64,000 bases of DNA, taken from positions 64,001-128,000 of the IMG/VR virus record IMGVR_UViG_3300029258_001212; one strand, 5' to 3'. The notes under the pieces are model-generated. The model searched no databases. It was not told where the DNA came from and saw only the letters and a list, made by a program, of their open reading frames with translations. Below are positions 38,633 to 47,615 of the stretch, piece after piece. Each line of letters begins with the position of its first letter. The first letter of the stretch is position 1. A program made the translations under genes and the position numbers. This DNA comes from a virus.

Positions 38633-39379
38633 ATGGGTCGCTCTGCGATTGAGTGGACGGACTACTCATGGAGCCCTGTGACCGGGTGTTCGATGGTCTC
38701 CACGGGGTGCCGTAACTGCTACGCGAAACGGATGGCCGAGCAGTTCCAGCGGGACGGCAAGGCGCGCTACAGGTACGGGTTCAAGCCGACGATCCACCCG
38801 GATGTGCTCGAGGAGCCGCTGGGGTGGAAAACGAGTCGGCTCATCTTCGTGTGCAGCATGAGCGATCTGTTCCACGAGGACGTTCCTTTCGAGTTCTTGG
38901 AGCGCGTGTTCGCCATCATGCGGCGGACCCCGCGGCACACCTACCAGGTGCTCACGAAGCGAGCGGAGCGGATGCGCGAGCTCGGCAACAAGATCGGCTG
39001 GCCGAGCAACATCTGGGCTGGCGTGACCGTGGAGCATCCCCGGTACGTGAAGCGGCGCATCCCCGAGCTCCTTGACACCGAGGCGCGGCTCCGATTCGTC
39101 TCCTTTGAGCCCCTGGTGGCCGAAATCGGCCCGTTCGATTTCACGGGCATCGACTGGGTGATCGTGGGTGGTGAACGGGGGAGCCGGGTGCGCCCCATGG
39201 ACGAGGCATGGGCCCTGGACCTACTACGCCAGGCCCGCGCGGCCGGCGTGCCGTTCTTTTTCAAGCAACGCGGCGATGCGGCTGGGATCATGGGCTACCG
39301 GGACCAGCTCCTCGGGGGCAAGAAAATCCAGGAGCTCCCCGAGCAAGCTGGCAACCAACCCAGCCTGTTTGACCTGTGA
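38633..39379 (+). CDS. Phage Gp37/Gp68 (DUF5131) radical-SAM-like protein
   Basis: IEWTDYSWSPVTGC..GCRNCYA, SMSDLFH, LTKR, SFEPL, WVIVGGE, PFFFKQ. Confidence 0.9.
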   Translation: MGRSAIEWTDYSWSPVTGCSMVSTGCRNCYAKRMAEQFQRDGKARYRYGFKPTIHPDVLEEPLGWKTSRLIFVCSMSDLFHEDVPFEFLERVFAIMRRTPRHTYQVLTKRAERMRELGNKIGWPSNIWAGVTVEHPRYVKRRIPELLDTEARLRFVSFEPLVAEIGPFDFTGIDWVIVGGERGSRVRPMDEAWALDLLRQARAAGVPFFFKQRGDAAGIMGYRDQLLGGKKIQELPEQAGNQPSLFDL

Positions 39380-39479
39380 GCCCTTTGTCTGCTACGTTGA
39401 CGGGTGCGCGCCTGGAGGGGCGCTGGAAGGCTTGCCAGGCTCTCCGGTCTCCTCTGCGAGAAGCTCCCCGGCCAGGCAT

Positions 39480-39518
39480 GAATCCCCGTCTGCAATAGCA
39501 GCGGGGATTCGACTTTTT
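39480..39518 (+). terminator. Terminator-like hairpin abutting the methylase RBS
   Basis: GAATCCCCG...CGGGGATTC-GAC-TTTTT-GGAGG. Confidence 0.55.
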
Positions 39519-39528
39519 GGAGGCCACG

Positions 39529-40242
39529 ATGATTGAACGATTGGAATCCTCCCCCCTCTGGTGCGCGTGGGACGTGGTGTGCTGTGACGCTGTGACGTTC
39601 CTCCGCCAGCTCCCGGACGCCTCGGTGGACCTGGCGATCACGGACCCGCCCTACGAGTCCCTTGAGAAGCATCGCAAGAAAGGCACCACCACGCGCCTGA
39701 AGGTGTCCAAGGCGAGCTCCAACGCCTGGTTCAAGACGTTCCCCAACGCGCGGTTCCCAGAGCTCCTGGCAGAGCTCAGGCGCGTCCTGAAGCGCGACCG
39801 GCACTGCTACATCTTCGTGGACCAGGAGACCATGTTCGCCTTGCGCCCCGTGGCAGAGGCAGCCGGGTTCAAGTGGTGGAAGGCGCTGGTGTGGGACAAG
39901 GTGGCCATCGGGATGGGCTACCACTACCGGGCCCGCTTCGAGCACATCGCCTTCCTCGAGCTGGGCAGGCGCAAGCTCAACGATCTGGGCGTACCAGACG
40001 TTCTCCAGGTCAAGCGCGTCTGGCGGGGCATCCCCGCGGAGAAGCCCGTGGAGCTGATGGAGGTGCTGGTCCGACAGAGCACCAGGCCCGGTGAGCTGGT
40101 GGTGGACCCCTTCCTGGGCTCCGGGGCCTCGGGTCAGGCAGCCGTGAAGCTCGGGCGCCGGTTCCTTGGATCTGACCTGAATCCAGAATTAGTGCAAGAA
40201 TCCACAGATCGGATTTGCGGCGCTTCTGCCATCCCCATGTAG
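39529..40242 (+). CDS. DNA methyltransferase, N4-C/N6-A (beta class), orphan
   Basis: TDPPY precedes EKPVEL and VVDPFLGSG. Confidence 0.9.
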   Translation: MIERLESSPLWCAWDVVCCDAVTFLRQLPDASVDLAITDPPYESLEKHRKKGTTTRLKVSKASSNAWFKTFPNARFPELLAELRRVLKRDRHCYIFVDQETMFALRPVAEAAGFKWWKALVWDKVAIGMGYHYRARFEHIAFLELGRRKLNDLGVPDVLQVKRVWRGIPAEKPVELMEVLVRQSTRPGELVVDPFLGSGASGQAAVKLGRRFLGSDLNPELVQESTDRICGASAIPM

Positions 40243-40285
40243 TGTGCCTGGCGGACTGAAACCACTACATCTGGTAGTCGGTTTT

Positions 40286-40382
40286 TGACCATCTGGAAGT
40301 TTTCTTCTACATGGTCAGGAAGTTTTCTTCTACATGGTCAGGAAGTTTTCTTCTACATGGTCAGGAAGTTTTCTTCCTGACC
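40286..40382. repeat. 23-bp tandem repeat array (iteron-like, candidate origin)
   Basis: GGAAGTTTTCTTCTACATGGTCA at 40295, 40318, 40341 plus a partial copy at 40364; inverted ends. Confidence 0.85.
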
Positions 40383-40596
40383 TATATGGAAGTATATGCA
40401 GAGAAAAAGATGCAGAGAAGCAGAGCGGGGCTGGGCGCCCCGGCTGCCAGGTGCTCCGATGACAGCTCTCTGACGGCGGCTCACCTGGCACGAAAATTGA
40501 CCACCGAGTTTTGGACTGAAAGAAGTTGACCGGCCGTTTCGCCCCGTGATATGCCTGGACTCCTGGCAAGCCTTTCTGACTCACGAGGAGAACCAA

Positions 40597-42006
40597 ATGG
40601 CGAAGATCGAGCTGACGTTAAAGCGGACATACCGCCCCCACTGGGGGGTTCCGGAGGCAGTCCGGGAGTTCCTTCAAAATTGGTTGGACGGGGGAGACAA
40701 GGGGTTCACGAAGTCCATGCGCCGGGACGGCGACTGGTTGGTGCTCCGCAACGAAGAGGTGGTGCTTCCGCGTGAGGCGCTCCTCCTCGGGTTCACCACG
40801 AAGGCGACGGACGCGGATTCACGCGGCCAGTGGGGCGAGGGGCTCGACATGGGGCTCCTGGTGGCCACCCGGTCCGGGCTGGACGTGGTGGTCTACACGG
40901 GCGCGGAGCGGTGGGCCCCGAAGCTGGTCCAGAGCGCATCGTTCGCAGACGAGGTGCTCGCGGTGTTCACGCGCCAGGTGCGGGACCGCGCCGGCACGGA
41001 AGTCCACCTGCGGATCTCTGAGGAGGAATGGGCCGAGCTCCAGTGGCGCTTCCTCGAGCTCCAGCCGGCGGAGGAGACCACCCCGGGCAGCAGAGGCCAG
41101 ATCATCTTCGATGCGGACAGGCGCGGGTGCGTGTACGTCAAGGGGATCTTCGTGTCCAAGATGGATGACCTACAGCACGGCTATGATTTCGAGCACGCGC
41201 ATGTGGACCTGGATCGGATGCTGGTCAGTGGCTTCGATGTGCGCTGGGAGGCGGCCATGCTGTGGGAGACCGCCATCAGCCGGTCGCCCAGTCGCAACGG
41301 GCGCGCCGCGTGGGAAATGCTCAAGTCCGAGAAGCCGGACGTGGCCGGCCTCGGAAGTCGCCTACAGCGCAACCCCAACCCCCAGGTGGCCAGGGCCGTG
41401 GCGGAGGTGTTTAAGGCGGAGCATGGCGCGGACGCTCTCCCGGCAGCCGACGACCACCAGATGCAGAAGATCGAACATCTAGGTCGCAAGCCCGTGCGGG
41501 TGTCCAGGTCCGCGGCAGATGTGCTCGAGGCCCATTACGGTCAGTTCCACGTGATGCTCAACAAGGTGGCCAAGGCGGAAAAGGTGGCGGTGGCCACGGC
41601 CGAGCTCACCGAGCTCGAGCGCCAGGTGGTGTTCCGAGGGGTGCGCCTGGTGGAGCTCGCCATGGACGGACTCAAGTGGAGCCGGGGCTACCAGGAGCTC
41701 CTCGCCGGGCTGGACGTGGTGGAGTACGCAGACGATCAGATACTGGGTACGTGGGAGCGCGAATCGCGCCGCATTGGTGTGTCGCGCCGTGTGCTCAATG
41801 ATGTGCCAGAGTTCCTGGGGACCTACCTCCACGAGCTGGCCCACGATTTGACCGAAGCTGTGGACGGCACCCGCATTCACATCAGCGTGGCTGAGTACCT
41901 GTGGGTGCGCTGCATGAGGGTGGTGCTGGAACGCTTCGGGATGGAGTGGCTGGATGAGCGTGCAGACGATGGGGCCGAAGTGCGGGATCTGCGACAAGGC
42001 GGTTAG
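40597..42006 (+). CDS. GHKL-type ATPase fused to a HExxH domain (MPN635-like)
   Basis: AVREFLQNWLD, GFTTK, GQWGEGL; C-terminal YLHELAH. Confidence 0.7.
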   Translation: MAKIELTLKRTYRPHWGVPEAVREFLQNWLDGGDKGFTKSMRRDGDWLVLRNEEVVLPREALLLGFTTKATDADSRGQWGEGLDMGLLVATRSGLDVVVYTGAERWAPKLVQSASFADEVLAVFTRQVRDRAGTEVHLRISEEEWAELQWRFLELQPAEETTPGSRGQIIFDADRRGCVYVKGIFVSKMDDLQHGYDFEHAHVDLDRMLVSGFDVRWEAAMLWETAISRSPSRNGRAAWEMLKSEKPDVAGLGSRLQRNPNPQVARAVAEVFKAEHGADALPAADDHQMQKIEHLGRKPVRVSRSAADVLEAHYGQFHVMLNKVAKAEKVAVATAELTELERQVVFRGVRLVELAMDGLKWSRGYQELLAGLDVVEYADDQILGTWERESRRIGVSRRVLNDVPEFLGTYLHELAHDLTEAVDGTRIHISVAEYLWVRCMRVVLERFGMEWLDERADDGAEVRDLRQGG

Positions 42007-42175
42007 CATGGACAACTGCGTGGAGGTGATCGTGATCGCCCACCGTGGCCGGTCCGAGACTCCGCTCGGTTCGATGTACTACCACATGGAATGCTACCTG
42101 GACGAGCAAGATGGCGAAGCAACGCAAGCCCAGAAAGAAGCCCGGGAAGCCCGCGCGAAAAGCGGCCCCAGGTAA
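41954..42175 (+). CDS. Small Zn-finger protein
   Basis: CGIC...HMEC. Confidence 0.5.
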   Translation: MSVQTMGPKCGICDKAVSMDNCVEVIVIAHRGRSETPLGSMYYHMECYLDEQDGEATQAQKEAREARAKSGPR

Positions 42176-43088
42176 CCGGAAGAAAGCCAAGCGGCCGTTT
42201 CGCCTGAAGCGCCGTAGGGCCGGCCCGGTAGACAAGCGGCCCAAGGGGTTCCTGGGGCCCAAGACGGAAGTGCCTCACCAGTGCAACCTGGCCGGGAGGT
42301 GCTGTTGGAACGGTTGGGTGAACCTCACGCCGTTCGATGTGTGGCGGATGGTCTCCGCCCGCAAGAGTCCGCTCCGCAAGTGGGGAGTGCGCTTCACCTG
42401 GGAGCTCTGGGAAAAAGGGCTGGTGACCATGGGGGTGGGCGAGCAGAAGCGGATGCCCCTTTGCATGATCATGCCCCAGCCGTACCGTGGCCAGGAGGGG
42501 GCGGCAGAGCATTGCCCCTTTGTCCAGTGGGATGACGACCAGGTGGGCGAGCCCGAGGCGCAAGCCCTCCTCGCTGGCAAGCTCCCCGGGCCCGGCTTCT
42601 GGACGGTGAACGGAAAGCCCAGGTTCACGTGTGGCCTGGGAGAGGTGGCGCCCATCTTGTGCCAGTTCTTCCCGATGGCGCGGGTGGGCAGCCCAGCCAA
42701 GGAGGGGCAGCCAGCCACGTGGCGATTCTCGTGCCCCCTCGAGACCTGCGAGGAGTGTATGCCGGAGTCGATCAAGCCGGCCGGTTTCACGGTGCAGAAG
42801 TGGCTCCGCAATCACGTGGTGCGCGAGTACCTCCGAGTGAGCCAGGAGCACCAGGAGGTGCTGTACGCGATCAAAGCGTTCCAGCTCCCAAACGTGGTGC
42901 GGAAGCGCCTGGCGGCCACGATGTTCAACTTCGATGGGATGCTCAAGGACGCCGGGGTGCCAGAGGAGGAGATCCTCGCCAAGCGCCCCGAGAAGCCAGA
43001 GTACCTGATCATGGCGGCGAAGATGGCGATCATGGGGATGATGCAGCCCCCGCCAGACGGAGTGGACGGTGGCGCATCGGCTGAGTGA
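42111..43088 (+). CDS. YkgJ-family Cys-cluster (Zn/Fe-S) protein
   Basis: CNLAGRCC, CPF, C...APILCQFFP. Confidence 0.75.
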   Translation: MAKQRKPRKKPGKPARKAAPGNRKKAKRPFRLKRRRAGPVDKRPKGFLGPKTEVPHQCNLAGRCCWNGWVNLTPFDVWRMVSARKSPLRKWGVRFTWELWEKGLVTMGVGEQKRMPLCMIMPQPYRGQEGAAEHCPFVQWDDDQVGEPEAQALLAGKLPGPGFWTVNGKPRFTCGLGEVAPILCQFFPMARVGSPAKEGQPATWRFSCPLETCEECMPESIKPAGFTVQKWLRNHVVREYLRVSQEHQEVLYAIKAFQLPNVVRKRLAATMFNFDGMLKDAGVPEEEILAKRPEKPEYLIMAAKMAIMGMMQPPPDGVDGGASAE

Positions 43089-43089
43089 G

Positions 43090-43428
43090 GTGAACGCCAT
43101 CCTGGGATTCTGGGATGGCTGCTACGCGGATGCGACCCTGGGGACCAGGTGGCCCCCGAATGGGTCTCCGCGCGAGTACAGGTGGATCTGCGGATGCGAG
43201 GGCGTGTCTTTTGACGGGGTGACAGTGCAGATGACTCCGTGCCTTGACCACCAGGACGATTTGTTCCCCGTCCAAACGGATGGGGTTCCAGAAAAGACGC
43301 GCCAGGCAATGCTGGGGGTGCTGGACAGGGCTGCGGCGCGCAAGCGAGGGAGACGTGAGCGAGACAAGGGAACGAGTGGTGCAGCTCCTGATTCGGGACT
43401 GCCCGATAGTGGCAGCGTGGAAGGCTAA
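43090..43428 (+). CDS. Hypothetical protein
   Basis: GAGG RBS-like sequence, CGC...CLDH. Confidence 0.35.
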   Translation: MNAILGFWDGCYADATLGTRWPPNGSPREYRWICGCEGVSFDGVTVQMTPCLDHQDDLFPVQTDGVPEKTRQAMLGVLDRAAARKRGRRERDKGTSGAAPDSGLPDSGSVEG

Positions 43429-43816
43429 GGGGAAGCCGATCCGTTGCATGTACTTCGGCGTGGGGGATAACTGCGGATCGTGTTCCTACCAGTGGCCGGA
43501 GCTCGCCCAGATGATCATGGACGAGGTGGCCACGGACGGACAGGGGATCGAAACCTACCGCAAGCGAGCGCGAAGCGCGCGGGCGCGAGCGAAGCAATTT
43601 GACCACCTGAGCGGACTGATCCTCACCACCATTGGACAAGCCCTCGAGGAGTGGCAACGCCAGTACACCGAGGCCGGTGGAACGATGGAGCTCGAGCATG
43701 ACGGACGCATGGGAGAAGTGGCCGAAAACGAGATCGAAGGTTCTGAGGTTCTCCAAGGGGGAGATGGTTCCGGTGACGGTGGAGGGGCAGACGGTGAGGA
43801 TGGAAGCGCCGGATGA
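43355..43816 (+). CDS. Hypothetical protein
   Basis: GAGGGAG RBS; Cys cluster. Confidence 0.45.
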   Translation: MSETRERVVQLLIRDCPIVAAWKAKGKPIRCMYFGVGDNCGSCSYQWPELAQMIMDEVATDGQGIETYRKRARSARARAKQFDHLSGLILTTIGQALEEWQRQYTEAGGTMELEHDGRMGEVAENEIEGSEVLQGGDGSGDGGGADGEDGSAG

Positions 43817-44180
43817 TGGCTTCCTGATCGATTACCCCCACCGGGGCACCCAGGTGCTAGATCGTGACCTGGCGGACGCGGATTCGCTGTACGCTCCGCG
43901 GCCATCAGTGGAACGCCAGCCAGAGGAGCCAGAGCCCCCCATGCCGCGGCTCCAGGGGCACTACCATTGTGGGTGCCCTGGGATGCGGTACAATCGGGAC
44001 GAGTACCGCCGCTGGCTGAATGGACTCCAAGCCTATCGTGAGGACTTCGAGGCAGCGGAGGGAGAAGCGTATGCGCGGAGCTCGGATGGTGAGCCACGGC
44101 CCCTGGATTGGCCAGGGAGCTGGTCTCACAATCGTTGCTCCGTGTGTGGCCAGGCAATCCAAACGGCGGGGGTGGACTGA
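43698..44180 (+). CDS. Hypothetical Zn-binding protein
   Basis: HCGC...CSVC. Confidence 0.45.
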   Translation: MTDAWEKWPKTRSKVLRFSKGEMVPVTVEGQTVRMEAPDDGFLIDYPHRGTQVLDRDLADADSLYAPRPSVERQPEEPEPPMPRLQGHYHCGCPGMRYNRDEYRRWLNGLQAYREDFEAAEGEAYARSSDGEPRPLDWPGSWSHNRCSVCGQAIQTAGVD

Positions 44181-44204
44181 TGCCCCCCAAGAGAGGAAAG
44201 AACG

Positions 44205-44393
44205 ATGCTCGAGTCCAAGACCGAAACGGTGATCTGTTCCAAGTGCCATCGCCAAAAGACGATCAAGGAGGGTCTCCTGACGGAAGCTCAGAAAGCCAAC
44301 TGGGTGTGCCGGGTGTGCGTGGAGGAGCCGGTGGTGGAGCGCCAGGCGGACGCGCATCAGAGGGACGGCAAGGAGCTGCTACTCGAGGGGTAG
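44205..44393 (+). CDS. Small Zn-ribbon protein
   Basis: GAGG RBS; CSKC...CRVC. Confidence 0.5.
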   Translation: MLESKTETVICSKCHRQKTIKEGLLTEAQKANWVCRVCVEEPVVERQADAHQRDGKELLLEG

Positions 44394-44413
44394 GCTCCAG
44401 CGACAGGGGGAAG

Positions 44414-44773
44414 GTGAAGCAGTATCGCAAGTGCGACACGTGCGGCCACAAGTTCCAGATTCGAGGCGACAAGGAGAGCTGGAAGCATCGGTGCGGCGAG
44501 TGCGCCCAGGCGCTTCGTGGCGCGTCCATCACGTGTGGTCTCTGCGAAACCCAGGTGTCGCTGCGTCGGGCCGAGCTAGTGACGTTCATCGTGAACCCAG
44601 GGAAAAAGGGCTCTAAGAAGTTCCAGGTGCGCTACTGCGTCAGGTGCGCGGTGGCCGTGCGCGCCAAGATTCGGGCGAACGCAGATCGGCAGAACACTGA
44701 ATTCGAGCGGGCCCAGAAGACCCAGAAACAGCTCATGCACGATATGTACGGACGACGGGGGGAAGGCAGATGA
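44414..44773 (+). CDS. Double Zn-ribbon protein
   Basis: CDTC, CGEC, CGLC, CVRC. Confidence 0.55.
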   Translation: MKQYRKCDTCGHKFQIRGDKESWKHRCGECAQALRGASITCGLCETQVSLRRAELVTFIVNPGKKGSKKFQVRYCVRCAVAVRAKIRANADRQNTEFERAQKTQKQLMHDMYGRRGEGR

Positions 44774-45702
44774 CAGATCAGGTGCAATTCGTTGACCAGG
44801 TTGCGGCCCTTGGTTTCGTGCAGCTCCCCGTGGCGGTGCTTCGAGATTCCAGGTTGTCCGATGGTGCGCTCCGCACCTACGCGACCCTGGTGTCCTTTGC
44901 TCGCCAGGAGCAGCGGTGTTGGCCGGGGCTGGACCGGATCGCCAGGGACCGCGGGAAGTCTACACGGAGCATCACGGCTCACCTACAGGAGCTCCGGCTG
45001 GTGGGCCTGGTGAGTACCACCCGGCGCGTTGGCACGAGCCAGGTGTACTGGATCATCCCTATGTGGAACGTGTACGGGCGCGAGGACGAGCCCCACCGGT
45101 TCACCGAGGAGGCCATCGCTGCGTGCAGCCTGGACAGCGACGGTCGCATCCCCAGGCGCAAGGACGTGAAGGTGTCCAAGGAGGTGCCAAGCGAACCACC
45201 ACCACCGGTGGATATGGGCACGGCGGCTCTGACCGTGGCGGCAGCATCGCAACGCACCGAGGAGGCCCGCGCCGCCCGGGGCGCCAAGGAGGCCACGCGC
45301 CAGGCGGCCAAGGCGGACAAGCGCGCGGCCAAGGTGGAGCGAGAGACCGGGCTGACAGGGGAGAAACTCCGGCTCAGATGGATGGAGCTCTATCGCGAGA
45401 AGTGGCCGAATCTGCCCATGCCAACGTGGGGCAAGGCAGAGCGCAGTTTGGCGAAGCGGATCGTGACCAATTACCCCGAGCTGGCCCTCGAGGTGTGCCA
45501 GCGCGTGATCGAATACTGGGAGGACTATGCGCGCCGATGGAGCCTAGACGGCGTGCCAACGATCAAGCTGGTGTGGGGCTACCGAGAGGCCCTGTTTGCG
45601 GAAGCTGCCCAGGGGCTTCCACCGGGAGGCCCAAAGGGTGATGCGTTGCGCGCGGACGAGTACCAGGACGATGGGGGCTCCCTTGGCAAAGTCGGCTGGT
45701 AA
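44770..45702 (+). CDS. Replication initiator with N-terminal wHTH
   Basis: LRDSRLSDGALRTYATL..CWPGLDRIARDRGKSTRSITAHLQEL; directly upstream of loader and helicase. Confidence 0.8.
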   Translation: MTDQVQFVDQVAALGFVQLPVAVLRDSRLSDGALRTYATLVSFARQEQRCWPGLDRIARDRGKSTRSITAHLQELRLVGLVSTTRRVGTSQVYWIIPMWNVYGREDEPHRFTEEAIAACSLDSDGRIPRRKDVKVSKEVPSEPPPPVDMGTAALTVAAASQRTEEARAARGAKEATRQAAKADKRAAKVERETGLTGEKLRLRWMELYREKWPNLPMPTWGKAERSLAKRIVTNYPELALEVCQRVIEYWEDYARRWSLDGVPTIKLVWGYREALFAEAAQGLPPGGPKGDALRADEYQDDGGSLGKVGW

Positions 45703-46348
45703 ACCAGGGCTCACCGAGAAGCAGCTACAGCGGATGAAGCTGCCTAAGCTGTATTGGACGGCCAGCATGGACAAGGTGCTCCCGGCGGACAGTATTCACA
45801 GGCGCCAGGTGCAACGCTACCTGGACGTGCTTCCGGCGATGCTCGCCCGGGGTGGTGGCCTGTACCTGTGGGGTCCCAACCGGTCCGGCAAGACGGCTCT
45901 GGCGGCCATCATTTTGAAGGCAGTGCGGCGGTTTCGTTTCCAGGCGCTTTACATCCGGAGCTCGGACCTGATGGAGCTGGTGAATAACCGTACCCGGTAC
46001 GATGAGTCTACCACGGTGATGCAGCGTGCGAAGCAGGTGGATGCCCTTGGGCTAGATGACCTGGGCAAGGAGCACCGAACCAAGGCCCACGCCTACAATG
46101 AGCGGATCACCGAGAATCTCCTCCGGGCCCGCGCGGAGGACCGATTGATCACCATCGTGACAAGCAACATCAACCCCCACCAGGTGGACGGCAAGCCCAG
46201 CCAGCTCGAGCGCATCTATCCGGAGTCCATGGTGCGCCTCATGCGTGAGGTGCTGGTGCCTGTGCCAGTAGCCGGTCACGATTACGGTGCAGAGCTTGGT
46301 GCCGAGCTCAGGGCCATCCTTGAGGGAGGTGACAATGCCGGTGCTTGA
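45671..46348 (+). CDS. DnaC/IstB-like helicase loader ATPase
   Basis: GPNRSGKT, LGLDDLGKE, TIVTSN. Confidence 0.85.
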   Translation: MGAPLAKSAGKPGLTEKQLQRMKLPKLYWTASMDKVLPADSIHRRQVQRYLDVLPAMLARGGGLYLWGPNRSGKTALAAIILKAVRRFRFQALYIRSSDLMELVNNRTRYDESTTVMQRAKQVDALGLDDLGKEHRTKAHAYNERITENLLRARAEDRLITIVTSNINPHQVDGKPSQLERIYPESMVRLMREVLVPVPVAGHDYGAELGAELRAILEGGDNAGA

Positions 46349-47615
46349 CCTGGATATGGCCCTGGTGTCGTCTCTTCTGATGGGGGGCAGGAGCGCCCTG
46401 AAGGTGGCGCGCGACTCCGGAATCACTGCCGAGCTTCTGAGCGGTTCAAGCGCGAAGCAGGTGTTCGATTTCATCGAAGCTCACACCCGTGAGCACCGGG
46501 AGCTCCCAAGCGAGGAGCTGGTGGTGTCCAAGTTCGGGGTGAGGCTACCCGAGGTGAAGGATTCGCTGCCAGTGCTGGTGAGCGAGATCCGCGACCGTCA
46601 CCTGTGGCAGCTCCAAGGGACCTTCCTGGGGGACTTCGAGAAGCTGGTGAACGGGCGCACCCCTCACGAGGCCCACGCGGCGGTGGAGGAGTACCAGCGC
46701 CAGGTGCGCCAGGCGCAGATGGTGGGCAGCAAGGTGGAGTCCCTTTTCGACTATGCCGAAGGGGTGATCCAAGCCTACCTGGACGCCAAGGACGGCAAGC
46801 TGGGCATCAGAACCTACTGGCCCACCCTGGACGATTCGACTCGCGGGTGGTGGCCGGAGGACTTTGTGGTGATCGCGGCCCGGCCCAAGACGGGCAAGAC
46901 CTGGGTGCTCCTGATGATGGCCCACCAGGCGTGGAAGGATGGCGCCAGCGTCCTGGTGATCTCCACAGAGATGAGCCGGGCACGGCTCCTCCGGCGCTTC
47001 GTGGCCCTCGAGCTCAAGCTCCCCTACAACGATCTGGTCCGCGGTGAGCTGGATATGTACGAGGAGGAGCGGTTCCTCGAGGAGACGCGCAAGCTGATCG
47101 GTCAGCCCGGGCTCGAGGTGATCGGCGCCGGGTGGCACTACACGACGGTGAACGTGGAGGACGCTATCGCCATCACGAAGCCGGATCTGGTGGTGATTGA
47201 CGGTATGTACCTGATCAAGCCTAGCTCTGGTGGAAACAACAGCCGAGAGCGCCTGAGTAATGTGGCGAACGACCTGGTGGAAACAGCGCAGCTCCACGCC
47301 GTCCCGATTGTCGGCACCCACCAGTTCAACCGAGAGGTGGACCCCAACGATCTATCCACCGGGCGCCTGGAGAACCTGGGCGGATCGGACGTGATCGGCT
47401 GGAACGTCTCGGCCGCGTTTGCCCTACTCCAGACCGATGACATGCGTGAGGACCGTCAGATGATCATCCGTCCGATGGCCCTCCGCGAGTCCGGTGCAAT
47501 GGACGATGTGGTGATTGACTGGGACCTGTCCAGGATGAGCTTCGGTGAGCTCGGTGGGGAGGCGGAGCTCGAGGCGGGCGAGCCCGGCGCGGCCGGTCAA
47601 GAGGTGCCGTTCTGA
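46335..47615 (+). CDS. dnaB: Replicative DNA helicase, DnaB family
   Basis: AARPKTGKT, STEMS, VVIDGMYL, HQFNR. Confidence 0.9.
   Translation: MPVLDLDMALVSSLLMGGRSALKVARDSGITAELLSGSSAKQVFDFIEAHTREHRELPSEELVVSKFGVRLPEVKDSLPVLVSEIRDRHLWQLQGTFLGDFEKLVNGRTPHEAHAAVEEYQRQVRQAQMVGSKVESLFDYAEGVIQAYLDAKDGKLGIRTYWPTLDDSTRGWWPEDFVVIAARPKTGKTWVLLMMAHQAWKDGASVLVISTEMSRARLLRRFVALELKLPYNDLVRGELDMYEEERFLEETRKLIGQPGLEVIGAGWHYTTVNVEDAIAITKPDLVVIDGMYLIKPSSGGNNSRERLSNVANDLVETAQLHAVPIVGTHQFNREVDPNDLSTGRLENLGGSDVIGWNVSAAFALLQTDDMREDRQMIIRPMALRESGAMDDVVIDWDLSRMSFGELGGEAELEAGEPGAAGQEVPF

Noticed and set aside
40295-40376. CRISPR array
   Set aside because: The 23-bp repeats are head-to-tail with no spacers
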